From Chloroflexota bacterium (GTDB lineage: Bacteria; Chloroflexota; UBA11872), in assembly GCA_028874175.1 (NCBI GenBank), contig JAPPLN010000008.1, positions 20,715 to 84,714 on the forward strand: a stretch of 64,000 bases of DNA, given 5' to 3'. This document shows positions 19,376 through 30,287 of this stretch, one piece after another; within the stretch, counting starts at the first letter, position 1; the number at the start of each line of letters is the position of its first letter. A model generated the notes under the pieces. The model had not been told where the DNA came from. It worked only from the letters and a program-made list of their open reading frames with translations, and did no database searches. The position numbers and the translations under genes are program-made.

Positions 19376-19765
19376 CTACCAGACGAAACAGATGACTTCG
19401 CCGCCGAGGCGACGCTTGGCAGCTTCACGGCCGGACATAATGCCTTGTGAGGTAGAGACAACGGCCGTACCGATTCCGCCCATCACCCGCGGAATCTCGC
19501 GCGACCGTGTATGAATACGCAGACCGGGACGGCTAACGCGCTTGGCACCGCCAAACGCGGGCTTGCCGTTTTGGTATCGCAGTGTCACTTCCAACCAGGC
19601 GCGATGTCCCTCGTGGAAAGTCTCAATGGACCCGATAAAGCCCTCGTCAGCAAGGAGTGCCGCGATTCGGGCTTTGGTCTTTGAATGCGGGATGCGGACC
19701 TTGGTGTGACGAGCCGTGACAGCATTCCGCAGCCGCGTCAGCATGTCGGCAATCGGGTCGGTCAT
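19376..19765 (-). CDS. rpsH: 30S ribosomal protein S8
   Basis: MTDPIADMLTRLRN, SRPGLR, STSQG. Confidence 0.98.
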   Translation of the reverse strand: MTDPIADMLTRLRNAVTARHTKVRIPHSKTKARIAALLADEGFIGSIETFHEGHRAWLEVTLRYQNGKPAFGGAKRVSRPGLRIHTRSREIPRVMGGIGTAVVSTSQGIMSGREAAKRRLGGEVICFVW

Positions 19766-19772
19766 CGTCGGC

Positions 19773-20012
19773 TCACCAGCTTGCTTTCGTCACGCCCGGG
19801 ATATGCCCCTTCACGGCGAGCTCCCGGAAGCAGATTCGGCAGATACCGAATCGTCGTATGTGCGCACGCGGACGCCCACAGAGTCGGCACCGGTTGCGAT
19901 AGCGCACTTTGAAGCGCAGTTTGCGGCCGCGAATGGACTTGGACTCAAACTCAGGGTCCAGCCACGCTTCGCGCTCGCGCTTCCACTTTTCGATTTTTGC
20001 CTTTCTCGCCAT
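19773..20012 (-). CDS. rpsN: 30S ribosomal protein S14, Zn-binding (type Z) with internal insertion
   Basis: RCRLCGRP...CRICFRE...PGVTKASW; 79 aa. Confidence 0.96.
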   Translation of the reverse strand: MARKAKIEKWKREREAWLDPEFESKSIRGRKLRFKVRYRNRCRLCGRPRAHIRRFGICRICFRELAVKGHIPGVTKASW

Positions 20013-20021
20013 GTCCGAACC

Positions 20022-20576
20022 TCAGGCCGCCTCTTCCAGGCGTTGGAACGGCATGCCGAGGAGTTCCAGCAGCCGTAAAGATTCAACGTCGGTTCGCGCG
20101 GTCGTCACGATGACGATCTGCAAACCGCGAATCCGATCGATCTGGTCGTAGTCAATTTCCGGAAAGATGAGTTGCTCGGTCAGTCCCAGCGCGTAGTTAC
20201 CGCGTCCATCAAAAGAGGTCCGCCGAACACCGCGAAAGTCACGCATTCGCGGTAGCGCAACGGTAACGAGCCGGTCCATGAACTCGTACATGCGGGCGCC
20301 GCGCAGCGTGCCCTTCACGCCCACGCGCTGCCCGGCCCGCAGCTTGAACGCAGCCACGCTCTTGCGAGCCCGAGTCACAACCGGACGCTGGCCGGTGATC
20401 GTCGCAATATCCCGGACGGCATGGTCCACGGCCCCATCGTTTTCGAGCGCTTCGCCAAGCCCGATATTCACGATAATTCGGTCCAACTGCGGAACGGCCA
20501 ACGGGTTGCCGTACCCGAACTCACGCATCAATTGCGGTCGGATCTCTTCCCGAAAGCGTGTACGTAGGCGTGCCAT
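20022..20576 (-). CDS. rplE: 50S ribosomal protein L5
   Basis: [29 protein letters not shown]. Confidence 0.98.
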   Translation of the reverse strand: MARLRTRFREEIRPQLMREFGYGNPLAVPQLDRIIVNIGLGEALENDGAVDHAVRDIATITGQRPVVTRARKSVAAFKLRAGQRVGVKGTLRGARMYEFMDRLVTVALPRMRDFRGVRRTSFDGRGNYALGLTEQLIFPEIDYDQIDRIRGLQIVIVTTARTDVESLRLLELLGMPFQRLEEAA

Positions 20577-20905
20577 CACTCGTCAATCTGTTCGTTGCAT
20601 CGGCGGCAGCGCCGCCGCTTCCCACCATCGTCGCCCTGCGTGTAGCCAACGCGCGCCGGCTGGTCGCAGACGGGGCACACCAACATGACGTTTGACACGT
20701 CAAACGGGGCGTTGAAGTCAATGATACCCGCTGGCTGTCCGATGGCCCTCGGTCTCGCGTGACGCTTTCGAACGTTCACGCCTTCCACAACCACTCGTCC
20801 CGTGGCCGGAACCACGCGTTCCACGACGCCTCGCCGTCCGACGTCACGGCCCTGGAGCACCTGGACCGTATCGCCCTTACGAATTCGAAATCGTCGCACC
20901 GACAC
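20576..20905 (-). CDS. rplX: 50S ribosomal protein L24 with CxxC...CxxC
   Basis: [27 protein letters not shown]. Confidence 0.97.
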   Translation of the reverse strand: MSVRRFRIRKGDTVQVLQGRDVGRRGVVERVVPATGRVVVEGVNVRKRHARPRAIGQPAGIIDFNAPFDVSNVMLVCPVCDQPARVGYTQGDDGGKRRRCRRCNEQIDE

Positions 20906-20907
20906 AG

Positions 20908-21273
20908 CTATAAGACCTCCGGCGCCAGCGAGACGATGCGCATGAACCGGCGGTCTCGCAGTTCGCGCCCAACGGGTCCAAAGATGCGCGTGCCACGCGG
21001 AACTTCGCCCTCAAGCAATACGGCGGCGTTATCGTCAAAGCGGATGCGCGAGCCGTCGGGCCTCCGGTACTCCTTGTTCACACGCACGACCACAGCGCGC
21101 ACGACGGACCCTCGCGGAACAGCGCTGTTAGGCGCCGCTTGTTTAACGCTTCCCACAATGATGTCGCCCACGCGCGCGTACTTTCGCGACGATCCGCCGA
21201 GCACGCGGATGCACATAATCTCGCGCGCACCGCTGTTGTCGGCCACTCTGAGCCGGCTCTGTTGCTGAATCAT
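20908..21273 (-). CDS. rplN: 50S ribosomal protein L14
   Basis: [29 protein letters not shown]. Confidence 0.98.
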   Translation of the reverse strand: MIQQQSRLRVADNSGAREIMCIRVLGGSSRKYARVGDIIVGSVKQAAPNSAVPRGSVVRAVVVRVNKEYRRPDGSRIRFDDNAAVLLEGEVPRGTRIFGPVGRELRDRRFMRIVSLAPEVL

Positions 21274-21278
21274 GTGGG

Positions 21279-21617
21279 TTACGCGTTCTGTGAGTCCTCG
21301 GAATTGCCGTCCGACTGTTCCTCGGCCACACCGGCACCTAAAGCCGCCTGGCGTTCTTCATCCGTCAGCCGGGTTCTCTCAATGACTTCGATCAATCGCC
21401 AGCGCTTCCGCCGGCTCATTGGCCGCGACTCCTCGATCTGCACCACGTCGCCAATGCGGCATGTATTGTCAGGGTCGTGGGCCATGAACTTCCGCCGAAT
21501 GCGCACCGGCTTCTTATACAGCCGATGGCGGCGGATCGACTCCACCTCAACGATAATAGTCTTGTCGGCTCGATCACTCGCTACGCGACCGATCCGCCGA
21601 GCACGAACCCCTGGCAC
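21279..21617 (-). CDS. rpsQ: 30S ribosomal protein S17 with acidic C-terminal tail
   Basis: DKTIIV, H.LYKK, AHD...GDVV.I.ESRPMS..KRW. Confidence 0.96.
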   Translation of the reverse strand: MPGVRARRIGRVASDRADKTIIVEVESIRRHRLYKKPVRIRRKFMAHDPDNTCRIGDVVQIEESRPMSRRKRWRLIEVIERTRLTDEERQAALGAGVAEEQSDGNSEDSQNA

Positions 21618-21620
21618 GGG

Positions 21621-21836
21621 TTAGCCTTCTTCCGTCTGAAGAGGCGCGAACGTGCGTTCGCGCTGAACGGTCAGCATGCGCGCGATATCGCGCCGCACGT
21701 GGCGTAGCTGCGATGTATCCGCCAACTGCAGCGTCGCGTGCTGGACACGCAGCCGGAAGAGTTCTTCCTTGGTTTCCGCAATCCGGGTCTCCAACTCCTC
21801 ATCGCTCAGATCCCGGAACTGGTCAGCCTTAGCCAA
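21621..21836 (-). CDS. rpmC: 50S ribosomal protein L29
   Basis: KEELFRLR...[10 protein letters not shown]; TTG start at 21836 with GGAGG upstream. Confidence 0.95.
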   Translation of the reverse strand: MAKADQFRDLSDEELETRIAETKEELFRLRVQHATLQLADTSQLRHVRRDIARMLTVQRERTFAPLQTEEG

Positions 21837-22254
21837 CGGCGACCTCCGCGGAACGCGACACCACACGAGTCTGAACCGAGAGCTTGTGTGACGCCAGGCG
21901 CATGGCTTCACGGGCCATTGCTTCTTCAACGCCGGCCAGTTCGAAAAGAATGCGCCCAGGCTTGATCACGGCAACCCAACTCTCGACATTGCCTTTCCCA
22001 CTGCCCATGCGGACCTCGGCCGGTTTCTGGGTAATGGGTTTGTCTGGAAAGACGCGAATCCAAAGCTGGCCGGTACGCCGAACCGAATGGGTAATCGCGC
22101 GGCGGGCTGCCTCAATCTCGCGACTGTCGACCCATCCCACGGTGGTCGCCTGTAGCCCGAAGTCACCAGAGACGAGCGAGTCGCCACGTGCGGCCCGACC
22201 TCGGCGGCGTCCCCGGTGCATCTTGCGGAACTTGGTTCGCTTTGGCATCAGCAT
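21829..22254 (-). CDS. rplP: 50S ribosomal protein L16
   Basis: [25 protein letters not shown]. Confidence 0.98.
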   Translation of the reverse strand: MLMPKRTKFRKMHRGRRRGRAARGDSLVSGDFGLQATTVGWVDSREIEAARRAITHSVRRTGQLWIRVFPDKPITQKPAEVRMGSGKGNVESWVAVIKPGRILFELAGVEEAMAREAMRLASHKLSVQTRVVSRSAEVAVG

Positions 22255-22256
22255 GG

Positions 22257-23006
22257 CTAACCTCGCGGTGGCCGCCGCCGACGGCCCGCGCCTGGTCGCG
22301 ATACCGTCTCCGACAACAATTCGGCTGCATCTCGCGCAGCCCCACGGTGGACCCACCCCTTTACGCCGATCCGGCCAGCGGTTGTTCGCGCCTCGGTGAA
22401 GCCATAGTCGATATCGGCGTCGAGTGTCTGGAGCGGAACAGTGCCAAGGAGTTCGAACTCACTGCGTGACATTTCGCGGCCCCCCAGACGCCCGCTAACC
22501 ATGATCTTCACGCCCTGCGCGCCCGCGCGCATGGTTCGCTCGGCTGTCATCTTGATTGCCCGCCGGAAGGAAACCCGGCGCTCCAGTTGATCGGCAACAT
22601 TACGAACGACGAGAAACGCGTCGAGTTCGGGCTGGCTGATCTCTTCTACATCCACAACGACGCGCTTGCCGGTGTGCTGTTCAATCCGATTCTGGATTTC
22701 CTCGCGGTTACTCCCACCTCGCCCGATCACAATGCCTGGCCGCGCCGTATGGATAACCACTCGAACCTGGCTGACCTGACGCTCGATCTCGATCTTCGAT
22801 ACCCCAGCCCCGTAGCTGCCACGCCTGCGACCACCGCGGCGAGCCGCATTGCGCCCGTTGGGCGCTTCAAGGTAGCGACGTACCAGATCGCGGATTGCCA
22901 AATCCTCCAGCAATAGTTCCGTGTAGTCGCGATCGGCGTACCAGGTACTTTCCCAACGCGTGGTATAGCCCAGGCGGTAGCCGATGGGATGAACTTTGCG
23001 ACCCAT
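22257..23006 (-). CDS. rpsC: 30S ribosomal protein S3 with Arg/Gly-rich insertion
   Basis: [41 protein letters not shown]. Confidence 0.98.
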   Translation of the reverse strand: MGRKVHPIGYRLGYTTRWESTWYADRDYTELLLEDLAIRDLVRRYLEAPNGRNAARRGGRRRGSYGAGVSKIEIERQVSQVRVVIHTARPGIVIGRGGSNREEIQNRIEQHTGKRVVVDVEEISQPELDAFLVVRNVADQLERRVSFRRAIKMTAERTMRAGAQGVKIMVSGRLGGREMSRSEFELLGTVPLQTLDADIDYGFTEARTTAGRIGVKGWVHRGAARDAAELLSETVSRPGAGRRRRPPRG

Positions 23007-23008
23007 GC

Positions 23009-23347
23009 CTACGCCATTCCGTCTTCCACGGTCACCGTAATGTGACCGGAGCGCTTGAGATACATTCCGACCCGACCACGTGATTTGGGTCGAAAGCGCC
23101 GAAGCGCGGGACCGTCGTTGACGACAACCGACTGGATTCGCAACACATCGCGGTCCAGGGCGTAGTTGTGCTCGGCGTTGGCCGCCGCGGACTTGACCAC
23201 CTTGGCAATCTCAGCAGCGGCTCGATTGGGCATGAACGCCAGCGTGGCCATGGCCTGGGAGATCTCAAGACCGGACAACTCACGTGCAATAGCCCGCCCG
23301 CGCTGGGGCGACATACGCACGTATTTGGCGGTTGCGGAGACTTCCAT
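23009..23347 (-). CDS. rplV: 50S ribosomal protein L22
   Basis: VRMSPQ, SAAANAEHN, HITV. Confidence 0.97.
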   Translation of the reverse strand: MEVSATAKYVRMSPQRGRAIARELSGLEISQAMATLAFMPNRAAAEIAKVVKSAAANAEHNYALDRDVLRIQSVVVNDGPALRRFRPKSRGRVGMYLKRSGHITVTVEDGMA

Positions 23348-23350
23348 GTA

Positions 23351-23635
23351 TCAGTGTCCCATCGGCGAAGTCGAACGTCCGCGCGCATGGCTACGAAAGG
23401 TGCGCGTCGGGGCGAATTCGCCAAGCCGATGCCCGACCATGTTCTCAGAGATATACACCGGAACGTGCCGCCGCCCGTCGTGGACGGCGATGGTGAGCCC
23501 GACCATTTCAGGATGAACCACGCTGGCCCGACTCCAGGTGCGAACAACCTGCTTCCGGCGACTGCGCGAGGCTTCCGCAACGCGCCTTTCGAGCTTTGGA
23601 TGTATGTACCAACCTTTTTTCGTGCTGCGCGACAT
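23351..23635 (-). CDS. rpsS: 30S ribosomal protein S19
   Basis: [20 protein letters not shown]. Confidence 0.98.
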   Translation of the reverse strand: MSRSTKKGWYIHPKLERRVAEASRSRRKQVVRTWSRASVVHPEMVGLTIAVHDGRRHVPVYISENMVGHRLGEFAPTRTFRSHARGRSTSPMGH

Positions 23636-23641
23636 ACCGTC

Positions 23642-24472
23642 CTACCTGTTCCGCCGGCGCAAAATAAACTTGTCGCTGCGACGGCTCCCGATCCGGGTTC
23701 TACGGCCCTGGGTGGGCTTGCCCCACGGCGTCTTGGGTCCTGGCATGCCGACCGGCGCCTTTCCTTCACCGCCACCGTGTGGATGGTCCGTGGGGTTCAT
23801 GGCTGCGCCGCGCACCTGCGGGCGACGGCGACGCCAGCGTATCCGGCCAGCCTTCCCGGCCGACTGGTTGCTGTGATCCGCGTTTCCCACGCGCCCCACG
23901 GTCGCCATACAGGCATCGGATACTTGCCGCATCTCGCCTGACGGCAATCGAAGCGTCGCAAGGCCGCGGTCCTTGGCCATGAGCTGGCACACCATGCCGG
24001 CCGAACGCACGAGTTGGGCCCCGCGTCCGGGGGTCATTTCAACGGCATGCACTTCCGTTCCCGCCGGGATGCGAGCCAGTTGCATAGCGTTACCCGCGCG
24101 CGGTTCAACGCCTGGGCCAGAGAGGAGCTCGCTGCCCACGCCGATTCCGACGGGTGCCAGGATGTACCGCTTCTCACCGTCGCGATAGTGCAGGAGAGCA
24201 ATGTGGGCCGACCGGTTGGGATCGTATTCGACGCTAGCCACCACGGCGGGCACCCCGGACTTATCGCGGTGCCAGTCGATTACACGGTAGCGCCGCTTCG
24301 CGCCACCACCGCGATGTCGCACGGTGACCCGTCCGCTGTTGTTGCGACCGGCGCGCTTCGTCAGCGGTCGCAGCAGCTTTTTCAGGGGCCGGTCGCCCGA
24401 CAGTTCCTCGTTGTCGACGGCAACATAGCCACGCCGGCCTGGCGACGTCGGATTGAAGTTACGTAGTCCCAT
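23642..24472 (-). CDS. rplB: 50S ribosomal protein L2
   Basis: [36 protein letters not shown]. Confidence 0.98.
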   Translation of the reverse strand: MGLRNFNPTSPGRRGYVAVDNEELSGDRPLKKLLRPLTKRAGRNNSGRVTVRHRGGGAKRRYRVIDWHRDKSGVPAVVASVEYDPNRSAHIALLHYRDGEKRYILAPVGIGVGSELLSGPGVEPRAGNAMQLARIPAGTEVHAVEMTPGRGAQLVRSAGMVCQLMAKDRGLATLRLPSGEMRQVSDACMATVGRVGNADHSNQSAGKAGRIRWRRRRPQVRGAAMNPTDHPHGGGEGKAPVGMPGPKTPWGKPTQGRRTRIGSRRSDKFILRRRNR

Positions 24473-24475
24473 CGG

Positions 24476-24760
24476 CTAGACCCCTGGTACCACTTCAATG
24501 CTGTGGCCCTCGCGTAGGGTCACCACGGCCTTTCGCCAGCTGGACCGATGGCCTTCAAAGCGTCCCATGCGGCGCGGCTTTCCTTGCACGTTCATCACGT
24601 TGACCGACGAAACTTCCACGTGAAACATGGTTTCGACGGCGCGCTTGACAGCGTGCTTGGACGCCCCGCGGCGAACCTGGAACACGTACTTCCCGAGTTC
24701 ACCGAGCGCGGTGGACTTCTCGGTCACGATTGGCCGTGTGATCACGTCGGCGGGGTTCAT
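24476..24760 (-). CDS. rplW: 50S ribosomal protein L23
   Basis: PIVTEKS, AVE.MF.V.V..VN, WRKAVVTL. Confidence 0.97.
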   Translation of the reverse strand: MNPADVITRPIVTEKSTALGELGKYVFQVRRGASKHAVKRAVETMFHVEVSSVNVMNVQGKPRRMGRFEGHRSSWRKAVVTLREGHSIEVVPGV

Positions 24761-25368
24761 GCGCCAACTCGCTGTTGCAGCGCATCCAGCGCCGCCTGGC
24801 TGGCCACGATGTGGTCGGCGACGGCAATTTCGTAGAAATTCAGCGTGTCGGCCCGCTCAACGTCGACGTTAGGAATATTCCGCGCCGAGCGTCGCAGTTC
24901 CTCCGAGGGGTCAACGTCCACCAGCAGCACGCGACCTGACAGACCGGCGGCGCTCAACCATGCAGCGCGGTCACGAGTCTTGGGTGAGTCGCCCCATGAT
25001 GCAGCCACACTGATGGACTCATCGGCGGCCTTGGCCGCCAGCAGCGCGCGTACAGCTTGACGGCGCTCTCGCTTGTTCACGTGAGGGCGCGTTCGGCGCG
25101 GCTTGGGACCAAACGCGACGCCGCCCCCTCGTCGGATAGGCGAACCGGCGCTCCCGGCGCGGGCCCGGCCGGTGGACTTCTGCCGGTAGAGTTTGGCCGT
25201 ACTGGCCGAGACCTCGCCGCGGCTTTTTGTGTTGGCCGTGCCTTGGCGCTGTCTGGCAGCATGCGCGGTCAGCATGCGTTGCAACAGCTCGCCGGACGCG
25301 TCCGAGGCGCCAAAGCAGTCGCCGGCAACGGGAGAGAGTTGGGCAGACGCCGGCGATTCGGCGACCAT
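24757..25368 (-). CDS. rplD: 50S ribosomal protein L4 (divergent)
   Basis: RQGTANTKSRGEV, RQKSTGRAR, GGGVAFGPKPR, SARNIP. Confidence 0.95.
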   Translation of the reverse strand: MVAESPASAQLSPVAGDCFGASDASGELLQRMLTAHAARQRQGTANTKSRGEVSASTAKLYRQKSTGRARAGSAGSPIRRGGGVAFGPKPRRTRPHVNKRERRQAVRALLAAKAADESISVAASWGDSPKTRDRAAWLSAAGLSGRVLLVDVDPSEELRRSARNIPNVDVERADTLNFYEIAVADHIVASQAALDALQQRVGA

Positions 25369-26009
25369 CAGTCCATCCCCCGAATCGCCTTGCGAACCGG
25401 CCGGATCGCGACAACCGTGTCGCGCGGCCCGGGCACGGCCCCAACCAGTAGAACGAGTCCACGTTCGACGTCAATCTTCGCCACGGACAGGTTGCGGGAT
25501 GTAGCCCGGCCCCCGCCCATACGCCCAGCCATACGAGTTCCTTTGAAAACGCGGCTGGGTGATGTCCCGGCGCCAACCGATCCAGGGGCGCGTTCACGGT
25601 CAGATTGCCCATGAGTTCGCTTGCCGCCTCTGAAACCATGTCGCTTCATGACACCCGCGAAGCCCTTGCCTTTTGAAACGCTGACCACGTCGACTCGCTG
25701 GCCAAGGTCCACGTTGGCGACCGTCAACTCGTCCCCCACGGAGACCTCCGCGCCCTCGTCGGTGCGGAATTCGCGGAGCACTCGGTACGGCGGTAGGCGG
25801 CCTAGATGACCACGCTCGGCTCGGGTCAGTCGGCGCTCGGGCACGGGGTCGAAGCCGAGTTGCACGGCGGAATAGCCGTCGGTCGCCTCGGTGCGCACCT
25901 GAGTGACGTGACAAGGACCAGCCTGGATGACCGAAACTCCCAGCGCGCGACCTTGCTCGTCGAATATCTGCGTCATGCCCAATTTGCGGCCGATCAGTCC
26001 CACGGACAT
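25368..26009 (-). CDS. rplC: 50S ribosomal protein L3
   Basis: GRKLGMTQIF, SKGKGFAG.MKRHGF, MAGRMG. Confidence 0.98.
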   Translation of the reverse strand: MSVGLIGRKLGMTQIFDEQGRALGVSVIQAGPCHVTQVRTEATDGYSAVQLGFDPVPERRLTRAERGHLGRLPPYRVLREFRTDEGAEVSVGDELTVANVDLGQRVDVVSVSKGKGFAGVMKRHGFRGGKRTHGQSDRERAPGSVGAGTSPSRVFKGTRMAGRMGGGRATSRNLSVAKIDVERGLVLLVGAVPGPRDTVVAIRPVRKAIRGMD

Positions 26010-26011
26010 GG

Positions 26012-26404
26012 CTATGACTTCAACTCAATGTCAACGCCCGCCGCTAACTGCAGCCGAAGGAGTTCGTCCATCGTTTGAGGCGTGGGATCGATGACGTCAA
26101 TCAGGCGCTTGTGCGTTCGCATTTCAAACTGCTCGCGCGAGTCCTTGTCAATGAACGGCGAGCGAATCACCGTCCAAGTCTTGCGCTCGGTAGGCAGAGG
26201 AATCGGGCCGCGCACGTCGGCACCCGTACGCCCGGCGGTGTCAATGATTCGGCGGGCCGCGTCGTCCAGCACCCGGTGGTCATACGCCTTCAGGCGAATC
26301 CTGATCCGCTGCGTGGGCGACTGCCGTCGCGGCCGCGCGGGTGCACGCCGTGACGAGGCTTCCAACGAAGCCTGGCGGGGCGGTCGCGTGCGCGCTTGTG
26401 CCAT
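26012..26404 (-). CDS. rpsJ: 30S ribosomal protein S10 with N-terminal extension
   Basis: [32 protein letters not shown]. Confidence 0.97.
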   Translation of the reverse strand: MAQARTRPPRQASLEASSRRAPARPRRQSPTQRIRIRLKAYDHRVLDDAARRIIDTAGRTGADVRGPIPLPTERKTWTVIRSPFIDKDSREQFEMRTHKRLIDVIDPTPQTMDELLRLQLAAGVDIELKS

Positions 26405-26407
26405 CGG

Positions 26408-27610
26408 CTACTTGACGATGCTCGTCACAACGCCCGCGCCGACGGTCACGCCGCCTTCGCGAATGGCGAAGTTGACCCCGTCTTCCAGCGCGATCGGCTG
26501 GTGCAGGCGAACAGTCATTTCCACATTGTCGCCGGGCACCACCATTTCGGTCCCTGCCGGCAACTCGATCTCGCCGGTCACGTCCGTCGTCCGGATGTAG
26601 AACTGCGGACGATAGCCGCTGAAGAACGGCGTGTGGCGTCCGCCCTCGTCACGGGTGAGTACGTAGACCTGCGCGTTGAATTCAGTGTGCGGGGTGATCG
26701 AGCCGGTCTTGGCCAGCACCATGCCGCGCTCAACGTCGTCGCGCTCGATACCGCGGAGCAGGCATCCCACGTTGTCGCCGGCGACGCCTTCATCGAGCGT
26801 CTTGCGGAACATCTCAACACCGGTGACGACGCGCTGATCAATCTCGGAGCGCATGCCAACGATATCGATTTGCTCGCCGACTTGAACCTTGCCGCGTTCG
26901 ACGCGGCCCGTGACCACGGTGCCTCGCCCCTTGATTCCGAAGACGTCCTCAACCGGCATCAGGAACGGCTGATCGACCGGGCGCTCCGGCTGGGGGATGT
27001 AGGTGTCCACGGCCTCCATGAGTTCAAGAATCGGCTGGTACTCGGGCGCGTCCAGGTCGGTGCTCTCGGATTCCAGCGCGAGCAGCGCGCTGCCGGGAAT
27101 AATCGGCGCGTTATCGCCGTCGAAGTCGTACTTGTTCAGCAAGTCCCGAAGCTCCAGTTCCACGAGCTCCAGCAGCTCCTCGTCCTCGACGATGTCCGCC
27201 TTGTTGAGGAAAACCACGATCGCCGGCACATCCACCTGGCGGGCCAGCAGCACGTGTTCGTACGTCTGCGGCATCGGGCCGTCGTCCGCGCCCACGACCA
27301 CGATCGCGCCGTCCATCTGAGCGGCACCTGTGATCATGTTCTTGATGTAGTCCCGGTGGCCGGGCGCGTCGATGTGCGCGTAATGCCGGCTCTCGGTTTC
27401 GTATTCCGCGTGCGTGATGGAAATCGTGATCCCGCGCTCCTTTTCCTCGGGCGCGCGGTCGATCTCATCAAAGGCCATGAATTCGGCCAACTGCTTGTAC
27501 GACAAGACTTTGGTAATCGCGGCCGTCAGGGTCGTCTTGCCGTGGTCGACATGGCCGATCGTGCCGACGTTGACGTGCGGCTTGGTTCGTTCAAAGTGTT
27601 GGCGTGCCAT
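26408..27610 (-). CDS. tuf: Elongation factor Tu
   Basis: [34 protein letters not shown]. Confidence 0.99.
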   Translation of the reverse strand: MARQHFERTKPHVNVGTIGHVDHGKTTLTAAITKVLSYKQLAEFMAFDEIDRAPEEKERGITISITHAEYETESRHYAHIDAPGHRDYIKNMITGAAQMDGAIVVVGADDGPMPQTYEHVLLARQVDVPAIVVFLNKADIVEDEELLELVELELRDLLNKYDFDGDNAPIIPGSALLALESESTDLDAPEYQPILELMEAVDTYIPQPERPVDQPFLMPVEDVFGIKGRGTVVTGRVERGKVQVGEQIDIVGMRSEIDQRVVTGVEMFRKTLDEGVAGDNVGCLLRGIERDDVERGMVLAKTGSITPHTEFNAQVYVLTRDEGGRHTPFFSGYRPQFYIRTTDVTGEIELPAGTEMVVPGDNVEMTVRLHQPIALEDGVNFAIREGGVTVGAGVVTSIVK

Positions 27611-27639
27611 TCGCTCCTGTGCTCCTGCGCAGTACGCGG

Positions 27640-29712
27640 TTACGAAACCGGCGTCAGAAGTCCGTCCGCGGCACCTGCTCGTTGGGTAACCGCGTAGTGG
27701 GAAAATTCCATCGAGAACGTTCCGCGACCCTGCGTCGCCGAACGCAACTCGTTAGCGTACCCGAACATCGTCGCCAGCGGTACCTCTGCCGCGATAATGT
27801 GCGACCCGCCACGCATGTCAGCGCCGTGGATGGTGCCCCGCTTCGCAGCCAGGCCAGCCAGCGTGTCACCCACATAGTCCTCGGGTACGACGACCTGAAC
27901 ACCCATCACCGGCTCCATCACATCCGTTCGCGCCCGGTTCAGCGCGTCTTCCACCGCCATGGCGCCAGCAATCTCGAAGGCCAGCTCCGACGAGTCGACG
28001 TCGTGATATGAGCCATCCACGAGCGTAATGCGAACGTCGGTGACTTCCATGCCCTGCGGCCCGCTGGTCAATCGACGCGCCGCGCCGCGCTCGGCGGCGG
28101 GAATGAACTGGACGGGAATCGCCCCGCCAACGATTCGACGTTCAATTTGAACACCCGTGCCCAATGGCAGCGGCTCAAGCTCAACCGTCACGTCCCCGTA
28201 CTGACCGCGTCCGCCGGTCTGTCGCACGAAGCGCCCACGCCCCGTGGCCTCGGTGCGCGGTCGCTCCCGGTACGACACCTGCGGTCGACCAACGTTGGCT
28301 CCTACGCGGTACTCGCGCAGCAGCCGGTCCACGATGACCTCCAGATGCAACTCGCCCATGCCGGCGATGAGGGTCTGCCCCGTCTCTTCGTTGCCGCTGA
28401 TGCGAAAGGTGGGATCTTCCTCACCGAGCCGCCGCAGCGCGTCGATGATCTTGTCCTGGTCGCCGCGGCTCTTCGGTTCGATGGCGATGGTTACCACCGG
28501 CTCGGGGAAGGTGATGGACTCCAGTTGCAACGGGTACTTGGGATCCGTCAGGGTGTCTCCGGTATTGGTCGCGCGGACTCCCACAGCGGCCAGGATGTCA
28601 CCGTGGCGAATAGATTCGGTGACTTCTTCGCGCTTGTCGGCATGCATCCGCAGCACGCGGGACAGGCGCTCGCGCTTTCCGGCGGCCGTGTTCAGCACGG
28701 TGGCCCCTGGCTCGATCGACCCCGAGTACACGCGGAAGTAGGCCAGCTTGCCGGCGTGCGGGTCTGCCACGATCTTGAACGCGATCGCGGTGAACGGATC
28801 GTCCTCCGCGGGCCGCCGCTGCTCTTCCGCGCCGGTCTTGGGGTTGATTCCAGTCACCGGCGGGACGTCCAGCGGCGAGGGGAGATAGTCCGTAATCGCG
28901 TTCAGCAACGGCTCGATGCCCTTGTTACGCAAGGCGGAACCCATCAGCACCGGGACCCCCTGGGCCGCGACGGTCATCCGCCGTAGGGCGTCTATCAACT
29001 CGGCCGTCGACAGGTCTTCGCCATCCAGGTACTTGGTAGCAATGTCGTCATCGAACTCGGCCAGAGCCTCAATCATCCGCTCGCGCTCGTCGAGCGCGGA
29101 CGCTTCCAGGTCCGCCGGAATCGGGCCTCGCTCAGGGGCCACAAGGCCATCCGCCGGCCAGCGGATGGCTTGCATGGTCACCAGATCAACGACGCCTTCG
29201 AAGTCGGCTTCGAAGCCTATTGGAACCTGGATAGGCACCGGATTGGCGCCGAGCCGGTCACGGATCGACCCGATCGTGGCGTCAAAGTCCGCCCCCCGTC
29301 GGTCCATCTTGTTAATGAATGCGATCCGCGGGACGCTGTAGCGGTCGGCCTGTCGCCAGACGGTTTCGGACTGCGGTTCCACGCCATTGACCGCGTCAAA
29401 GACGACCACCCCGCCATCGAGGACCCGCAACGAACGCTCGACCTCAGCAGTGAAGTCAACGTGGCCTGGCGTGTCGATAATGTTGATCCGATGGTCGTTC
29501 CAGGAGGCCGTGGTGGCGGCGGCCACGATCGTGATTCCGCGCTCACGTTCCTGCGCCATCCAATCCATCTGGGCGTTGCCGTCGTGCACCTCGCCAACAC
29601 GGTGAATCCGGCCGCAATAGAACAGAATTCGCTCGGTGGTGGTGGTTTTGCCCGCATCGATGTGGGCAATGATTCCAATGTTGCGCGTACGCGAAATATC
29701 CAGGGTGTTCAT
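27640..29712 (-). CDS. fusA: Elongation factor G
   Basis: [38 protein letters not shown]. Start at 29712 or 29721. Confidence 0.98.
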   Translation of the reverse strand: MNTLDISRTRNIGIIAHIDAGKTTTTERILFYCGRIHRVGEVHDGNAQMDWMAQERERGITIVAAATTASWNDHRINIIDTPGHVDFTAEVERSLRVLDGGVVVFDAVNGVEPQSETVWRQADRYSVPRIAFINKMDRRGADFDATIGSIRDRLGANPVPIQVPIGFEADFEGVVDLVTMQAIRWPADGLVAPERGPIPADLEASALDERERMIEALAEFDDDIATKYLDGEDLSTAELIDALRRMTVAAQGVPVLMGSALRNKGIEPLLNAITDYLPSPLDVPPVTGINPKTGAEEQRRPAEDDPFTAIAFKIVADPHAGKLAYFRVYSGSIEPGATVLNTAAGKRERLSRVLRMHADKREEVTESIRHGDILAAVGVRATNTGDTLTDPKYPLQLESITFPEPVVTIAIEPKSRGDQDKIIDALRRLGEEDPTFRISGNEETGQTLIAGMGELHLEVIVDRLLREYRVGANVGRPQVSYRERPRTEATGRGRFVRQTGGRGQYGDVTVELEPLPLGTGVQIERRIVGGAIPVQFIPAAERGAARRLTSGPQGMEVTDVRITLVDGSYHDVDSSELAFEIAGAMAVEDALNRARTDVMEPVMGVQVVVPEDYVGDTLAGLAAKRGTIHGADMRGGSHIIAAEVPLATMFGYANELRSATQGRGTFSMEFSHYAVTQRAGAADGLLTPVS

Positions 29713-29745
29713 GGGCCTCATGTCTCGGGATTCCGGAAAGTGGAG

Positions 29746-30216
29746 CTAATACGCGTAGATCGCGAACGCGCGGTTCGCTTCCGCCATTCGATGCATCTCG
29801 TCGCGCCGGCGAACCGCTCCGCCTTGTCCGTCGGCGGCCTCCATCAACTCCGCCGCCAAACGCTCAGGCATGGAGCGGCCGCCACGATTTCGCGAGGCGT
29901 CGATCAGCCAGCGGACGGCCAATGAGTAGCGACGGTCCCCGCGAATCTCGACGGGAACCTGGTAGTTCGCGCCCCCCACGCGTCGCGGCTTTACTTCAAT
30001 CTGCGGCATCGCGTTGCGCACGGCAGCTTCAAAGACGTCAATCGCTGGCGCACCGGTGCGGCCTTCAATGATGTCGAAGGCGCGATACACGATCCGCTGC
30101 GAAAGCGACTTCTTGCCGTTCAGCATGACCTTGTTGATAAAGCGCTGGACCGTCCGGTTATTGAAGCGCGGGTCCGGTGGAATCACGCGACGCTCTGGCC
30201 GCTTGCGACGAGGCAT
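29746..30216 (-). CDS. rpsG: 30S ribosomal protein S7
   Basis: RRVGGANYQVP, HRMAEANRAFA. Confidence 0.98.
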   Translation of the reverse strand: MPRRKRPERRVIPPDPRFNNRTVQRFINKVMLNGKKSLSQRIVYRAFDIIEGRTGAPAIDVFEAAVRNAMPQIEVKPRRVGGANYQVPVEIRGDRRYSLAVRWLIDASRNRGGRSMPERLAAELMEAADGQGGAVRRRDEMHRMAEANRAFAIYAY

Positions 30217-30287
30217 CAGGCGGGATTTGGCCGCTGAGCAGCGGTACTGGCGGTAAACATCATCGGATCCGGGGCCGCACCTTGCCT

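Noticed and set aside
26396-27697. 433-aa + strand ORF opposite tuf, and similar long ORFs opposite rpoC (33909-35393), the ligase (51112-52431) and clpC (62311-63483)
   Set aside because: Mirror-frame artefacts of GC-rich genes with no independent coding signal.
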